A DNA stretch of 63,935 nt, counting the filler, from Rhizaria sp. SCN 62-66 (Eukaryota): assembly GCA_001724265.1 (NCBI GenBank). It is 5 parts of 5 records of this genome, joined end to end, with 100 filler letters (N's around TTAATTAATTAA, not from the genome) between each part and the next. Parts side by side here need not be neighbours in the genome. Positions count along the whole stretch, not along the records: positions 11,894 to 23,110 come from MEDY01000681.1; 4 more parts are not named here. One strand, given 5' to 3'. Position 1 is the stretch's first letter. The number at the start of each line of letters is the position of its first letter. The position numbers were made by a program, and so were the translations under genes. Positions 11,794 to 23,210 of this stretch are shown piece after piece. The notes under the pieces were generated by a model. The model had not been told where the DNA came from, ran no database searches, and saw only the letters and a list, made by a program, of their open reading frames with translations.

Positions 11794-11893
11794 NNNNNNN
11801 NNNNNNNNNNNNNNNNNNNNNNNNNNNNNNNNNNNNNTTAATTAATTAANNNNNNNNNNNNNNNNNNNNNNNNNNNNNNNNNNNNNNNNNNNN
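11794..11893. other. Artificial contig linker (N run + TTAATTAATTAA + N run)
   Basis: Identical 100-nt spacer with stops in all six frames occurs four times in the window. Confidence 0.98.
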
Positions 11894-11922
11894 TAGCGCG
11901 GACGCAAAACTCACTTGCGAGC

Positions 11923-14900
11923 ATGACTGGCGCCACCGATGCGCCAAGTATCACACGTCTCGGTCGGCTCCTAGCGTCACGGCCCGTCTGGCCTTTCTCA
12001 GGAGGCGTTGACCTCGATGACAGTGACCCAAAAGAGCAAGCGATCCATAATACGCTTGCCAACACACCCTGGGTTGCTGCACGTGCTGCGTTTGAGGCAG
12101 CGACCACCGATGCGACTGCTGGGTTAGTACCGCGTGAGGTCACGTGCGAAGCTGATGTGCCGCTTGCCGCCTTGCTCTCTGCATCTAACGGCGACGGCAT
12201 TGTTGCTCAACTTGGCACGGTTGAGCTGTGCGGCGTGCGTTTCACGTGCACTGTGCGCCTCGGCTGCGGTTGCGGGGCTTCTCCATTGCTTTTGTCTCAT
12301 CAGGCACAACTGGAATCGAGTGAAGATGGAGCCGTTACGGACGCTTCTATTGAAGGCAAACCGTCCAGTGCAAACGCAGACGCAGGTTCAAGTCTTACAT
12401 CATCCGCTACAGCTTTGCCTCTGTGCAAATGTGCGCTTGTCGGTGAGGTCACGGCGACTATTGTGTCAACGAGTCTTGCTGCAAGCTACGACGCCTGCAA
12501 AGCACGTGCTAGGGCCGTTACCAAGCTTATTGATAGTCGTGACAGCAATGGCACTGAAGATGGCATTAATAATGACAACAAAGCGAATGATACTGACAAG
12601 AGCATCACTGCGACCGCTGAGTTAGGTAACTGTAGCAACGTTGAGAGTGGCACTGATTGTGAGTTTGGTACTGTACGTGCAACTTTTACAGTGCTGCGCA
12701 ATAATGACGGCAAAAGCAGCGGAGGAGCTCAATCTGACGATAACAACACCGACAACTCTGGTCTTGTTGCTTCAATGCTGGTGACAGATATCATGAAGCG
12801 CACAGCTGCTGTTGTCCTTGCACAGTTGACAGACGCGCAGGCAGTAGTGACAGCGTTTATGGATGCAAAATGGTGTGTACGTGCTTCTGTGGCGTTTCCA
12901 GATGTTTTCCATGAAAAACGCGCGATGCATCTGCTGGAGGAAGTTGTTCCGGTGGACTGGATTTTGAGGACTGAAAGTGCTGCTGCAGAGGCAGCTGCAA
13001 AGGCTGTTGCAAAGGCTGCTGCAAAGGCTGCCGCCAATGCCGCTGCAAAAGCTGCAGCAAAGGCTGCTTTAAAAGCTGCTGCTGTAAAGGCTGCTGATGA
13101 CTTCGCCGAAAGGACAGCTTTAGAAGCGGCCTTAGAGGCGCCATGGAGGTCAGTTGTACAGTCTGGTAATTGGGAGGCTGCATTTGATTCACACATTACT
13201 TGCAGCCTAAATAAATGTGGGTACCCTGGTAAGTACATCCAGTCTGCCACTTATGGAGTCCCACCTCCTGCGGCACTTACGCTACTGCAAACAAGGGCTC
13301 GCGAGCGCATCCTGGTATATGCACTACAGGAGCTGGAGGAAGAGCACATGACTTCAGACATGGTTATGAAATTTGGTTTTTGTCATGAAAGCAACACAGG
13401 CAACGACAGGTATCGCATGGTGATTCGTCTTAACGATAAGCTTTTTCCTCACAACGCAGCAAACTTCCGCACTGCTGCTCAAAGTAAAGCATTGGGCAGC
13501 TACTTCCACCAACGTTTTATCCCTTCAGGCCTGTCTCCGGGCACGCGTCTGCCGTTTGTTACATTGCATAATCGAAATCACGGCGGCTGCTCCTGTGCCT
13601 AGTTATGCATCACACTTCCTGAGACCGACATTGTTTACGGTGAGTACACGGCGCCCGCTGCCAGTGAAAACGTGACATATCCAGTCGGCACAGTGCTGAT
13701 GTATCCTCGAGAAGTTGTGCCTTGTGAGAAAATTTATGCTCATGGGGTGCGGGATTTATTGTGGTTTATTGTGTTCAAGCCTTGCGCTGCCACTTTGCTT
13801 CGCGGCGCGGTGCCTGTCGGGCGTGTCATGTCGTGTGTGAAGTTGGTGAGCGGGGAGGCTGCGTCAACAAGCGATAATAGTCTGCAATCCTTTGACGCAA
13901 CTGTGTTGCAGTTCTTTAAGACATATGCCCGCGCGAAGCCAGATGAAACGTGCGCAAGTGACAAATCGTACATGCAGTTCGGTTCGTTCAGGCCTTGGGC
14001 TAATATTGCGAAATGGCAGACAATTGCACAGTCTGGTAATTGGGAGGCCGCATTTGATTCACACATTGCTTGCAGCCTAGAGGAATGTGGTTACCCTCGC
14101 CGACAGGCGGAAGTGGCGTCATATGAGTACATTCCGTCTCCCGCTTATATGAGGGAATATGGAGTCCCACCTCCTGCGGCACTCACGCTACTGCAAACAA
14201 AGGCTCGCGAGCGCATCCTGGCATATGGTCTGCAGACGATGAGGAAATATAACATGACTTATGATGTGGTAATGAAATTTGTTTTGTGCCATGAAAGCAA
14301 CACTGGCAAGGACATGTTAATCCGAATTCGTCTTGACGACAAGCAGTTCCTTCATAACGCCGCACACTTCCGCACTGCAGCTCAAAGTGAGGCGTTGGGC
14401 AGCTACTTCCACCAATGTTTCGTTCCTTCAGGCCAATCCCCGGGCACGCGTCTGCCGTTTGTCACACTGCATCACCGAGATCACGGCTCCTCCTGTGCCC
14501 AGTCACCCATCACACTTCCTGATACCGACATTGTTTACGGTGAGTACACGGCGCCCGCTGCCAGTGAAAACGTGACATATCCAGTCGGCACAGTACTAAT
14601 GTACCCTCGCGAAGTTGTGCCTCGGAAGAAAACGAGTGTTTGGGGGACGTGTGATTCGCCGTGGTTTATTGTGTTCAAGCCTTGCGCTGCCACTTTGCTT
14701 CGCGGCGCGGTGCCTGTCGGGCGTGTGATGTCGTGTGTGAGGGGGGAAACTGCGTCAACAAGCAATAAGAGTGCGCATCCCTTTGATGCAAACGTGTTGC
14801 AGTCCTTTGAAGCTAACGCCAGTCCACTGCCAGATCAACAATGCAAATCTAACGGATGGTACATGTTGTTCGATTCGTTTAGGCCTCATTCCTTACACTT

Positions 14901-15492
14901 TGAGATTTTCGTTAAGACTCTTGCCAACAAGACGATCACCCTTGTTGTTGATCACTCCGACACCATTGAGACTGTTAAGTAGAAGATCCAGGACGCGGAG
15001 GGCATTCCCCCGGACCAGCAGCGCCTTATCTTCCAGGGCAAGCAGCTCGATGATGGCCGCACTCTTGCCGACTACAGCGTTCGAAAAGAAGATACTCTGC
15101 ATTTTATCCTCCGCCTGCGTGGTTCAAGTTTACGGTATAAGAACAATGTCAATGACATTACTGAAGAGGAAATCGAGGCATTCGAGTCACTCACACCTAA
15201 ACGATACCGATACAATTATAACGGCCCTGATACAGGTCCATATTGGGGTTTTATCGCTGAAGAAGCTCACGAGAAATTCCCGGAGTTATGCATTTATAAT
15301 ACTGATGGACAACCAGAAGCCTTTTTCTATGACAGTACTAACGCTTTGCTTGCGGCAAGTAATAAGAAACTTCGTGGGCGAGTGTCTGATCTTGAAAGTA
15401 AGAACAAAGACCAGAGTTTACGAATGGTAGAACTTGAAGCGCGACTGGCTCGGCTTGAAGCTCTCTGTGCAAGCTTGCACGGTCTCAATTAA
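11923..15492 (+). CDS. Chimeric ~1189-aa protein if TAG=Gln: unknown N-terminus, AAK repeat, two cyclophilin-like repeats, ubiquitin (G76S), peptidase S74/ICA chaperone with coiled coil; possibly 5'-partial
   Basis: ORFs 11923-13602, 13672-14982 and 14983-15492 share one frame broken only by TAG 13600-13602 and TAG 14980-14982. Ends TAA, followed by AATAAA. The frame is open back to the contig start. Confidence 0.75.
12981..13095 (+). repeat. Imperfect coding minisatellite (GCTGCAAAG-like) encoding AAAK repeats
   Basis: [39 protein letters not shown]. Confidence 0.8.
13151..14890 (+). repeat. Intragenic tandem duplication, two copies of ~870-900 bp (~13151-14000 and ~14021-14890)
   Basis: 13624-13694 is identical to 14524-14594. 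[27 protein letters not shown] and [25 protein letters not shown] each occur twice. Confidence 0.95.
14899..15126 (+). other. Ubiquitin domain within the chimeric ORF, with TAG at residue 28 and Ser at residue 76
   Basis: [27 protein letters not shown][TAG][48 protein letters not shown] is colinear with ubiquitin; K48 and K63 retained. Confidence 0.95.
15124..15492 (+). other. Peptidase S74 / intramolecular chaperone auto-processing (ICA) domain plus trimeric coiled coil
   Basis: SSLRYKNNV (S-D-x-R-x-K-like Ser/Lys dyad), [23 protein letters not shown], then LEARLARLE. Confidence 0.85.
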
Positions 15493-16065
15493 CTATAAAT
15501 AAAGTGTATCCTCAGTACAGAGCTACCAATACAGATATTATTAGTTCCACCACCTGAGTGATTAGGCATAATGATACGTCCAACTGATGTATTATAACTA
15601 GTAAGCAAACGAGTTTGTAGTAGCAGCTGACCACGAATGACAATCCCCACATGAAACACTTAAGTTTTGACGATTAACTCCAGTTCCCGTTGATATTATT
15701 GCACGCTTACTAGAGACAACTGTAAGACCAGTTAAGTTATAAGTCGCACCAAGAATCATAAAATAGTTCGATTCAACATCTATCGTATTTTCAATGCGCT
15801 GCCCGATGTTATATCTTCAGTGTTGAAGATACCCATTGTTGTGGTGAATCGCTGAAAAGGCTTTTCGACAGGTAGTGCTGGTCGGGTAATATTTGAGCTT
15901 GCACCGAATAGATATTAATATTCGTGCAACACTGCTGCCTTGCTACGTTGTTTCTTAAGACTTGCTTTACGAGGCATATGTGAATATATTGTAGGCGCAA
16001 TCGATTATTTATATGATTATTCATTTATCCGCACTTAGAGGATGCGGCAGGCCGTAGTCGACTGC

Positions 16066-17259
16066 TCAGCACCAGCGCCGCGCTTCGACGCCGCAATCGA
16101 AAATCTTCCTGCAGTTGTCCCATGCGAGCTTGGGAAGCCCAGAGAGAACCTTATTGGCTCCCCGAAAGAGCGTACCGAAGATGCTGCCGCCAATCGTGTT
16201 ACTCGACGTGCGAATAACGTGACTGCCAACCACCATGAGAGCGGTGCGGTCCTCAGAGGAAAGCCCGAGTGCATCAGTTACGGACACAATGCCATTGGAT
16301 CGGAACTCTAGATACAAATCGGTCTCAACAGCAGCCCAAAACTAGTAGTCAGCAAATCTGCCTGTGTCGCCCAGGTGCTGAGCCTTGGCGGACACGTATA
16401 GCGGAAGATTCGAAATAGTTGAAATAATGTAATGGTCGCCAAGAATGAGATCGTTCTGGAGATTAAAGCAAACAACGTAACCCGCCTTCTTTGCAATAGA
16501 CCAAGGTAGAGAGTACCCATTGCTAGCATTCATCTCATACAGGCTGAATTCAGACATACTGTTATTTGCATCACGCCCACCAATATTGATCTTCACGTCA
16601 GACAGAGGAGCATATGTGGACGGAGAAGTGCAGATCTTACGCGCGGTCATTGCTGTGCCGTCAGTTGCACCAGAGTAATGAGTATTGCGAGCACAAACCG
16701 CAGCAACAAAGATGCGCTTAGGGACAGCCTGAAGAGTAATTGGGGTCGACTTTACGTCATGGCGCTTTGGCTCATTAGCACCCGCGGCTGCGGCTCTGAG
16801 ACGCTCCTTCTTTGACCAATGAATATGCTGCTTCATCGTATGAGCATGAGGGAATGGTAGCCCGGTTTTGGAGTCGGTCAGAGTCTTCGTAACATCATCG
16901 GCAGGCTTGATGTAGCGGACGTACATACCAGGCTCGCTCGCGAAAGTTACGTTGTCGCGGCATATCGGACCATAACCAATCGCGTACCCCGTTAGCGTTA
17001 GAAGGTAATTGAAAAGGCGATTCCACTGAGAGTTAAACGTAATGTTGACGCAAGGCTGGCGTAGGTTATCAATGCCTAGACCAGTGGCAGAGCTGGCAAA
17101 GACTGACCAAGGAAGAGCCATGTAACCGTCGATATCGTAAGTTACATCAAGATTGACTTCGGCAGCCGCCGCCACATCGGTAGTGTGAACTACCACTGAA
17201 GCGCAAGTGCCAAACTTCGAATGCGCGTCAGCAGGGCTGCCAAATGGAGATGCCATCAT
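16066..17259 (-). CDS. Virophage (Sputnik-type) major capsid protein homologue, N-terminally truncated; ~397 aa reading TAG 16344-16342 as Gln
   Basis: Motif order matches virophage MCP as I recall it: GIDNLRQPCVNITFNSQWNRLF, PGMYVRYIKP, ITLQAVPKRIFV, SLYEMNASNGYSLPWS, GYVVCFNLQNDLILGD. After the TAG, the in-frame ORF 16066-16317 gives TIGG|SIFGTLFRGANKVL (diglycine site plus amphipathic tail). Confidence 0.75.
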
Positions 17260-17290
17260 TGCGATGTTAACTTTTATTATAAGTCAAAAA

Positions 17291-17316
17291 TGAGAACAGT
17301 CAATTGACTGTTCTCA
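17291..17316. repeat. Perfect 26-bp palindrome
   Basis: TGAGAACAGTCAA/TTGACTGTTCTCA is its own reverse complement. Confidence 0.9.
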
Positions 17317-17620
17317 ATGTAAATACAACTTTTAGACGAAAAAAAATACCAGAAGTTTAAAACAACAACAAATTACAAATATAAATAACAAAGACATTGA
17401 TATATGCAGAATATGTCTTTCTTAAATGTTTAGTTATGAGCATATGTGACTCAGTTCTAGTTTTGCCCATGATAGCATGCAACCAGTGTAAGGTTAGAAA
17501 GATTACTAGTAGCAAAACTTAAGCTTGAATCAAAAAAGAGACGCTGTATTCATATTTTATTTATCATATAAGGTTTGTTACTCAGATTTTATCAATCAAT
17601 CCTCACAGGGTTGTTTTCTT

Positions 17621-20600
17621 TTACTGCAGTTGCGCGAGTGCGGCCATCTGCTCCGCAGCGTCACACGCCTTGCCGACGACGCGCTCGATGTGTTCGCGCT
17701 CCCACACGGGGACGTGGTTGCATGGCGAGTCCATGAGCACGCGCACCGTGGCACGCACTTCGCTCGTGCTCGCGCCGGCGTCGCTCATGAGCAGCCCGGC
17801 CTCGAGCAGCACAGGCAGCAGCCACTGGCTCATGACGCTGCCGGCGGCCTGCTCCTCGGCCGTCAGCGCGCAGTCGGCCGCGGTGACGATGGGCGTCGCT
17901 CTCATCGCGCTCGCGTGCGCCTCGTGCTGCGCGGCCAGGCGCGACATCACGGCGGCCTCGGAACGCTCCAGCTCCTTGTTGGTCGTCACGCCCGTCGCCA
18001 TGCGCGGCCGCGGCGCCGGCACGATCACCGTGCGCTGCTGGCGCCACAGCGCCTCGGCGGCGCGCACCTGCGGCTTGGACTGCACGGCCATGAGCACAGC
18101 CGCGCGGGCTGGGTCACGCAGCCCCCACTGGCGCACCTCCTCAGTGACCGCAAGCACCCACAGCGGCGGCTCGCGGAAGATAGGATGTTCGCGGAAGAGC
18201 TGCTGCTGCGCCAGCGTCTCGGACGGCACGTCGCTCCAGGAGGACGACATGGCCACCGACACGGGGTCGATGACGTACCGCGCCGCGGACCGCGCGACGA
18301 CGGCGGCGGCGGCGGACGCGGCCTCGGCTGCCGTCGCCGCCACGGCTTCGGCGTGTGCGCGCGCGAGGTTGCTCTCCTTCTCCTTGCGCAGGCGGTCGAG
18401 CCGCTCCGCTTCATCGCGCTCGCGGTCCTTGCGCCCGAAGAAGATGCCGCCGGACTTCTTCTTCGCCGGCTGCGCGCCCGCCGGCAGCGTCGGCGCCGCA
18501 ATGCCCACCGACGGCACGCCGGCAGCTGCCGCGACGGCGTTGGCCAGCGCGGCGGCCGCGGCGGCCGCGGCGGCAGTCGTGCCCGCGGGCGCGGCCGTGA
18601 CCAGCGCCGACGCCTTGACGGTGGCCAGGAAGGCTGCGGCGTCCTCCGAGATGACGCGGCGCACCGCGCGCGGCGGGTCGTAGCGGATCGCCGGGCGGAA
18701 CGTCACGAACTCCTGCGCCGCGGCCCGCAGCGCGATCGCCGCCGGCCAGTCGCGCGCGGCCAGCGCGTGGTCCAGCAGCACCAGCGACAGGTCCAGCAGG
18801 GACAGAAACGGCAGCGGCGCGAGGCGCAGCAGGCGCGGGACCTGCGGCTGCAGCAGGCCGGCCGACGGCTGCGGCGCGCTGCCGTTGCCGCTGCCGCCGC
18901 CGTTGCCGTTGGAGGACGCGTTGCTGACGCTGGGCTGTAGCGCATGGCCGGTGGCGTCGGTCGCGCCAGGCGCGGCGAGCGCCGCTGCCGCCGCGGCCGC
19001 GGCTGCAGCCTGCGACTGCTGGAAGAGCTCGAGGCACGGCGCGTGACAGCACGCGGGCGGCGTGGCGGTGGCAACCTGCGCGGCGGCGGCGCGCGCCCCG
19101 GCCAGCGCGCGCGCGGCGGCACGGTGCTGCGCCATGAGGTCGACGCGCGGCGCCACGGGGCCCAGCGGCGCAGTCTCGGCCGTGACGCCTGCGGCGAGGT
19201 CGGCCGACGAGTACACCACGTGCATGCGGTCGCTGTGCCGGTACCAGACGCCGCTGCTGCCGCTGCCGGCGCTCGAGACGGGCGTGGAGCCGCCCGACTG
19301 CGACTGGTGGCTCCACGCGCCGAAGCACAGGCTGAGCTCGGGCGACAGCGGCGGCGCGGCGCCCTGGCCGGCCCACGGCAGCGCGAACGCCCCGCCCGCA
19401 GCGGCTGCGGCGGCCGCGGCGCCGGCGAGCCCTGGGTAGGGCGCGGCGGGCGCGTAGGACGTCATGTACGCGTAGGGCGGCAGCGCGGCCGACTGCGACA
19501 CGGCGGCCGTGGGCGACAGGGTGGACCAGAGCGGCAGCAGCGTCGCCTCGGTCTCGCACGGCGCCAGCGCTCTCGCCAGGCCCGACGTTGAGTGCGCCGC
19601 GGCGTGCGCGGCTGCCGCGGCCGAGGACGTGGGGATAAAGGAAAAGCCGTACGGGCCCGGCAAGCGGTGCAGTCCGCCCACCGCGATCGAGTCCAGCAGC
19701 AGCGGCAGCGCACCGAAGCCAGCGCTCGCGCCCACGCCCGCGTTGGCGGCCGCAGCGGCGGCGGCGTTGGTGGTGGAGTAGGATAGAGCGTGCGACAGCG
19801 TGGTCGAGTGCCCGGCGCCGGCGGCTGAAAGGCCGCTGTGGCTGCGGCTCCAGACGTCGGCGCCGACGCCCGTGACGGTGCCGACCAGCGCGGGCGCCAT
19901 GAAGGCGTCGAGGCTGGGCCGCGTGTAGAGCGCCACGCCCGCGGTTGCCGCGGCAGCGGCGGCGCGCAGCACTGGCGGCAGGTGGCCCGTGCCCTGGCCC
20001 GCGAAGGCCGCGTCGGGCGGCGCCAGAAGCGGGAACGCGGAGGCCGCGGCCAGTGGCGCGGGCGAGAGCAGCGGCGGCGCCGCGGGCAGCCACGCCGGCA
20101 GCGAGCGTGCAAGGTGCGAGTGCGACAGCTTGACCACCTGCGTCGACGACGGCGGCAGCGGCGCCAGCGCGTACGCGCAGCCGGGCGTATGCGGCACACC
20201 GCTGTTGTTGTTAGCCTGCTGTCCCGAGAGCGCCTGCGCGAGGAAGGCGGGGCAGCCGAGCCAGCCCGCGGCGGGGTCAGGCCCCAGCGTGGCACAGTGC
20301 GCGCACGCGAAGCCGTGGTACTCCCAGTTCGCCACTGTGCCCGCCACGCCCACAGCGTCATCACCAGCGCCAGGGCCGGCGCCAGGGAATAGGGCGGGCA
20401 GCGGCAGGCAGCGCGCAGTGGAGGCCGCAAGCGACGCGGCGGCGGCGGCGCGCGCCTCGGCCGGGGCCGCGGGGTCAAACAGACAACCGTTCCACTTGCC
20501 ACCATAACCGCCGCCGCCGCTGTTGCTACCGCTGAGCAGCGCGGACGCGGTGACGGCACCATGCGCGGCGGCTGAGGTGGGCCGGCAGGGCGGGAAGCGC

Positions 20601-22795
20601 GGCGCGGCGGCGCGCGCGAGCGCGGCTTGCACAGCCTCCTCAGCCTGCCGCGCGACGCCCGCGATCGAGTGCGTGGCCAAGATGGGGTACGCGAACGGCA
20701 GGAACTGCGTGCTGGCCAGCGCCAGCGGCTGCAGCAGCACGTCCACGGCGCGCGCGCGCAGCGTGGGAGACGCAAAGGCGGCGCGTGCGAAGGCCATGTC
20801 GCTGTCTGACAGCGGGCGGTTGAGGAACACGCGCGAGACGAGCGCGTCGGCACGCTCCGTCTCTTCTTGCAGCTGGATCGCGCGGCGCTGCGCCTCGCGG
20901 GCCGCGTCGCGCTCGGCCACGGCTGCGCTGGGCGGCGCAGCAGCGGTCGCGGCTGCAGAGGCGGATGCGGCGGCGGCGGCGGGCGCGGGGGCGGGGGGCG
21001 CGGGCGCGGCGGCGGCGGCGACTGCAGCGGAGGCGGCGGCCGAGACCACGGGCCCCATGCCCGACGCCGCCGCGGCCGCGGAGATGGCGGCGGCGCGCTG
21101 CGCAAGCGTCATGGTGGCCGCAGAGCTGGGCGCGGCAGCCGTGAGTGAAAGCGGGCCGCCGCGCGGCGGGATCGGCGGCAGGCCGTTGCTGCCGCTGCCG
21201 TGCGCGCCGGCGGCGGCCGCGGCGCCCGCCGAGGCGAGCAGCGAGGGCGAGATGACGTCGCTGGCGACGAGCCCCAGCCCGGCGATGTGGCTGTGCGCGG
21301 GCCCGGCCTCGCTCTGCGAGTGCGAGCGCAAGCGCGTGGCGCTGGCGCTGCGGCTGGGCACCTGGCTGGGCGGCTGCGAGGGCGCGCGCGAGGACGCCGC
21401 ACTGGGCTGCACGCTGCCCGCCGCGCTCGGCTGCAGCGCGTCGCCGCCCGTTTGGCTTTGCGTGCGCGTGTGGCCCAGCGCCGGGCTGGAGCCCGAGGCG
21501 GTGGAGAGCGTCACGGACGCCATCAGGGACGCGGGTTGCGCGCACTCGAGGCAGAACGGGCACTCGCCCGCCGCGGCCGCAGCAGCGTCGCTCTCGTCGC
21601 TGTTGTCGTCGGAATCTGAGTCGGAGTGGGAGCCCGAGGCGGAGGAGAACGAGGCCGAGGCTCTGGACGAGCATTCCGAGGACGACGATGATGACGACGA
21701 CGGCGATGAGGACGATGACGCCGCGGCGGCGGCGCGGCGGCCGTTGCGGCGCGCCATGGCGACGAGCCCCGCCGACGAGGCCGCGGCGGCCGTGGCCGGC
21801 ACGCCCGCTGCCGAGAGCGCGATGCGCAGCGCAAGCGCGCGGCCGCGGTGGCGGCGGCGGCGGCGGTCGCGGCGGCGCGTGCGTGCGCTGAGCGCGTCGG
21901 ACCACTCCACGCCTGCGTCGCTGCAGTCGCCGCCGCATTTGGCAGCAGCAGCAGCAGCGGCGGCGGCAGCGGCAGCGGATGACGAGCCGGGGACGGCGGC
22001 GCCGGAGCGCGCGGTGAAGGGCGACACGGCCGGCGCGAGCGTCAGCGTGAGCGCGCGCGCCGGCGGGCTGCGCGGCCGGGCGCCGACCGCGCTGACACCC
22101 GGCTTGGCGCCGCGGCGGGCGCGCGCCTTGGCCTCGGCCTCGACGCGCGCGGCGTCAGAGCCGGCCGAGGAAGAGTCGCTCCAGTCCACGTCGCTGAGCG
22201 CGGCGTCGGACGACAGCGACGACTGCGAGTCGGCGTCGTCGCGGTGCGCGGGCGCCAGGCCCAGCCGCACGGCGAGCCCCGTCCACGCGCGCTCCTCGAC
22301 GCGACCCAGCCGCGCGTGCGTCGCCGCGTTAGTGTGCGCCGGGGGCCCGTTCACAACCAACGCGCCGACGCCGTTGCCGTTGCCGGCGCTGGTGTTAGAG
22401 CTGGCGTGCGCATGCGCGTGCGCGTTGGCGGCCGCGCAGCCGGGGCAGGGGTGCGTGATGGCGGCGACAAGCGCGACGTCCGCGGCGGCCACGGCGGCGT
22501 CTAACATCGACTCAGCCTGCGCGCGCACGCCGGACGCCGACGCCGTCGCCAGCGTCGCGGCCGCGGCAGCCGCGGCGGTCGTGCCCCCGCTCATGCCCCG
22601 GCGGCAGCCGCTGCTGTGCGGCGCGGCGCCGGAGGCGCGGCCAGACCTCTTGGCGCCCTTGCCGCTGGCGCGGCTGCCGGTGCTGCCGGTGCTACCGGTT
22701 GAGAAGCGAGCGCTGCGGCGGCCGCCGCGGCGGCGGCCCGTCTCGCTCGCGCTGCCCGCGCTGGCGTTGCTGAAGCTGCGGCGGCGGCCACTCTT

Positions 22796-22832
<37 letters not shown>

Positions 22833-23110
22833 GCGCTGTTGGCGTGGTTGTCGTTGTCGTCGCCAGATGCAGTGTCGTCGTCGTTGTCGTCGTCGCTGCT
22901 CTGGTAGCCGTCCTTGTCGCCGCCCGCGCCGCCGCTGCCGCCGACGCCGCCGTCATGCTGGCCGCCGCCGATAGGCTTGAGCGCACGGCCCTTGCCCTCG
23001 GCGTCGCCGTCGTCGTCGGCCTTAGGGACCTCGGCGCCCTCGGCGATGTTGCCGCTGCCCCCACTCGCGCGCGCGCCCGCACTCGCGCCAGCGGCCCCCG
23101 CGCGCCCGCC
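17621..23110 (-). CDS. Large Ala-rich protein, 5'-partial; C-terminal region possibly SBF2/DENN-associated
   Basis: The frame of ORF 17621-22594 stays open to the contig edge with host-like codon usage. LFREHPIFREPPLWVLAVTEEV resembles the HPxW...FWE motif of SBF2-type domains (weak). Ends TAA. Confidence 0.6.
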
Positions 23111-23210
23111 NNNNNNNNNNNNNNNNNNNNNNNNNNNNNNNNNNNNNNNNNNNNTTAATTAATTAANNNNNNNNNNNNNNNNNNNNNNNNNNNNNNNNNN
23201 NNNNNNNNNN
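23111..23210. other. Artificial contig linker
   Basis: Same N-TTAATTAATTAA-N spacer. Confidence 0.98.

Larger units (their letters stand above)
15124..17320. mobile_element. Endogenous virophage-like relic (S74 module, degraded fibre-like fragments, truncated capsid gene)
   Basis: Visibly AT-richer than host genes, no apparent introns, carries capsid-like and S74 sequences. No integrase, TIR or TSD seen; boundaries approximate. Confidence 0.6.

Noticed and set aside
11654-11845. ORF with (RVI)n repeat
   Set aside because: Translation of the telomeric repeat running into Ns.
11794-11893. TTAATTAATTAA palindrome flanked by Ns (also 23111, 45142, 55103)
   Set aside because: Synthetic six-frame-stop linker. 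Adjacency across it is not biological, so the telomere is not shown to be linked to the viral locus.
14771-15430. 219-aa ORF overlapping the ubiquitin/S74 region
   Set aside because: Wrong frame; ubiquitin and S74 motifs are in the frame continuing from 13672-14982.
11894-17620. A complete integrated virophage or Polinton with TIRs and TSD
   Set aside because: No integrase, polymerase, ATPase, protease, penton or terminal repeats are visible; only a relic is supported.
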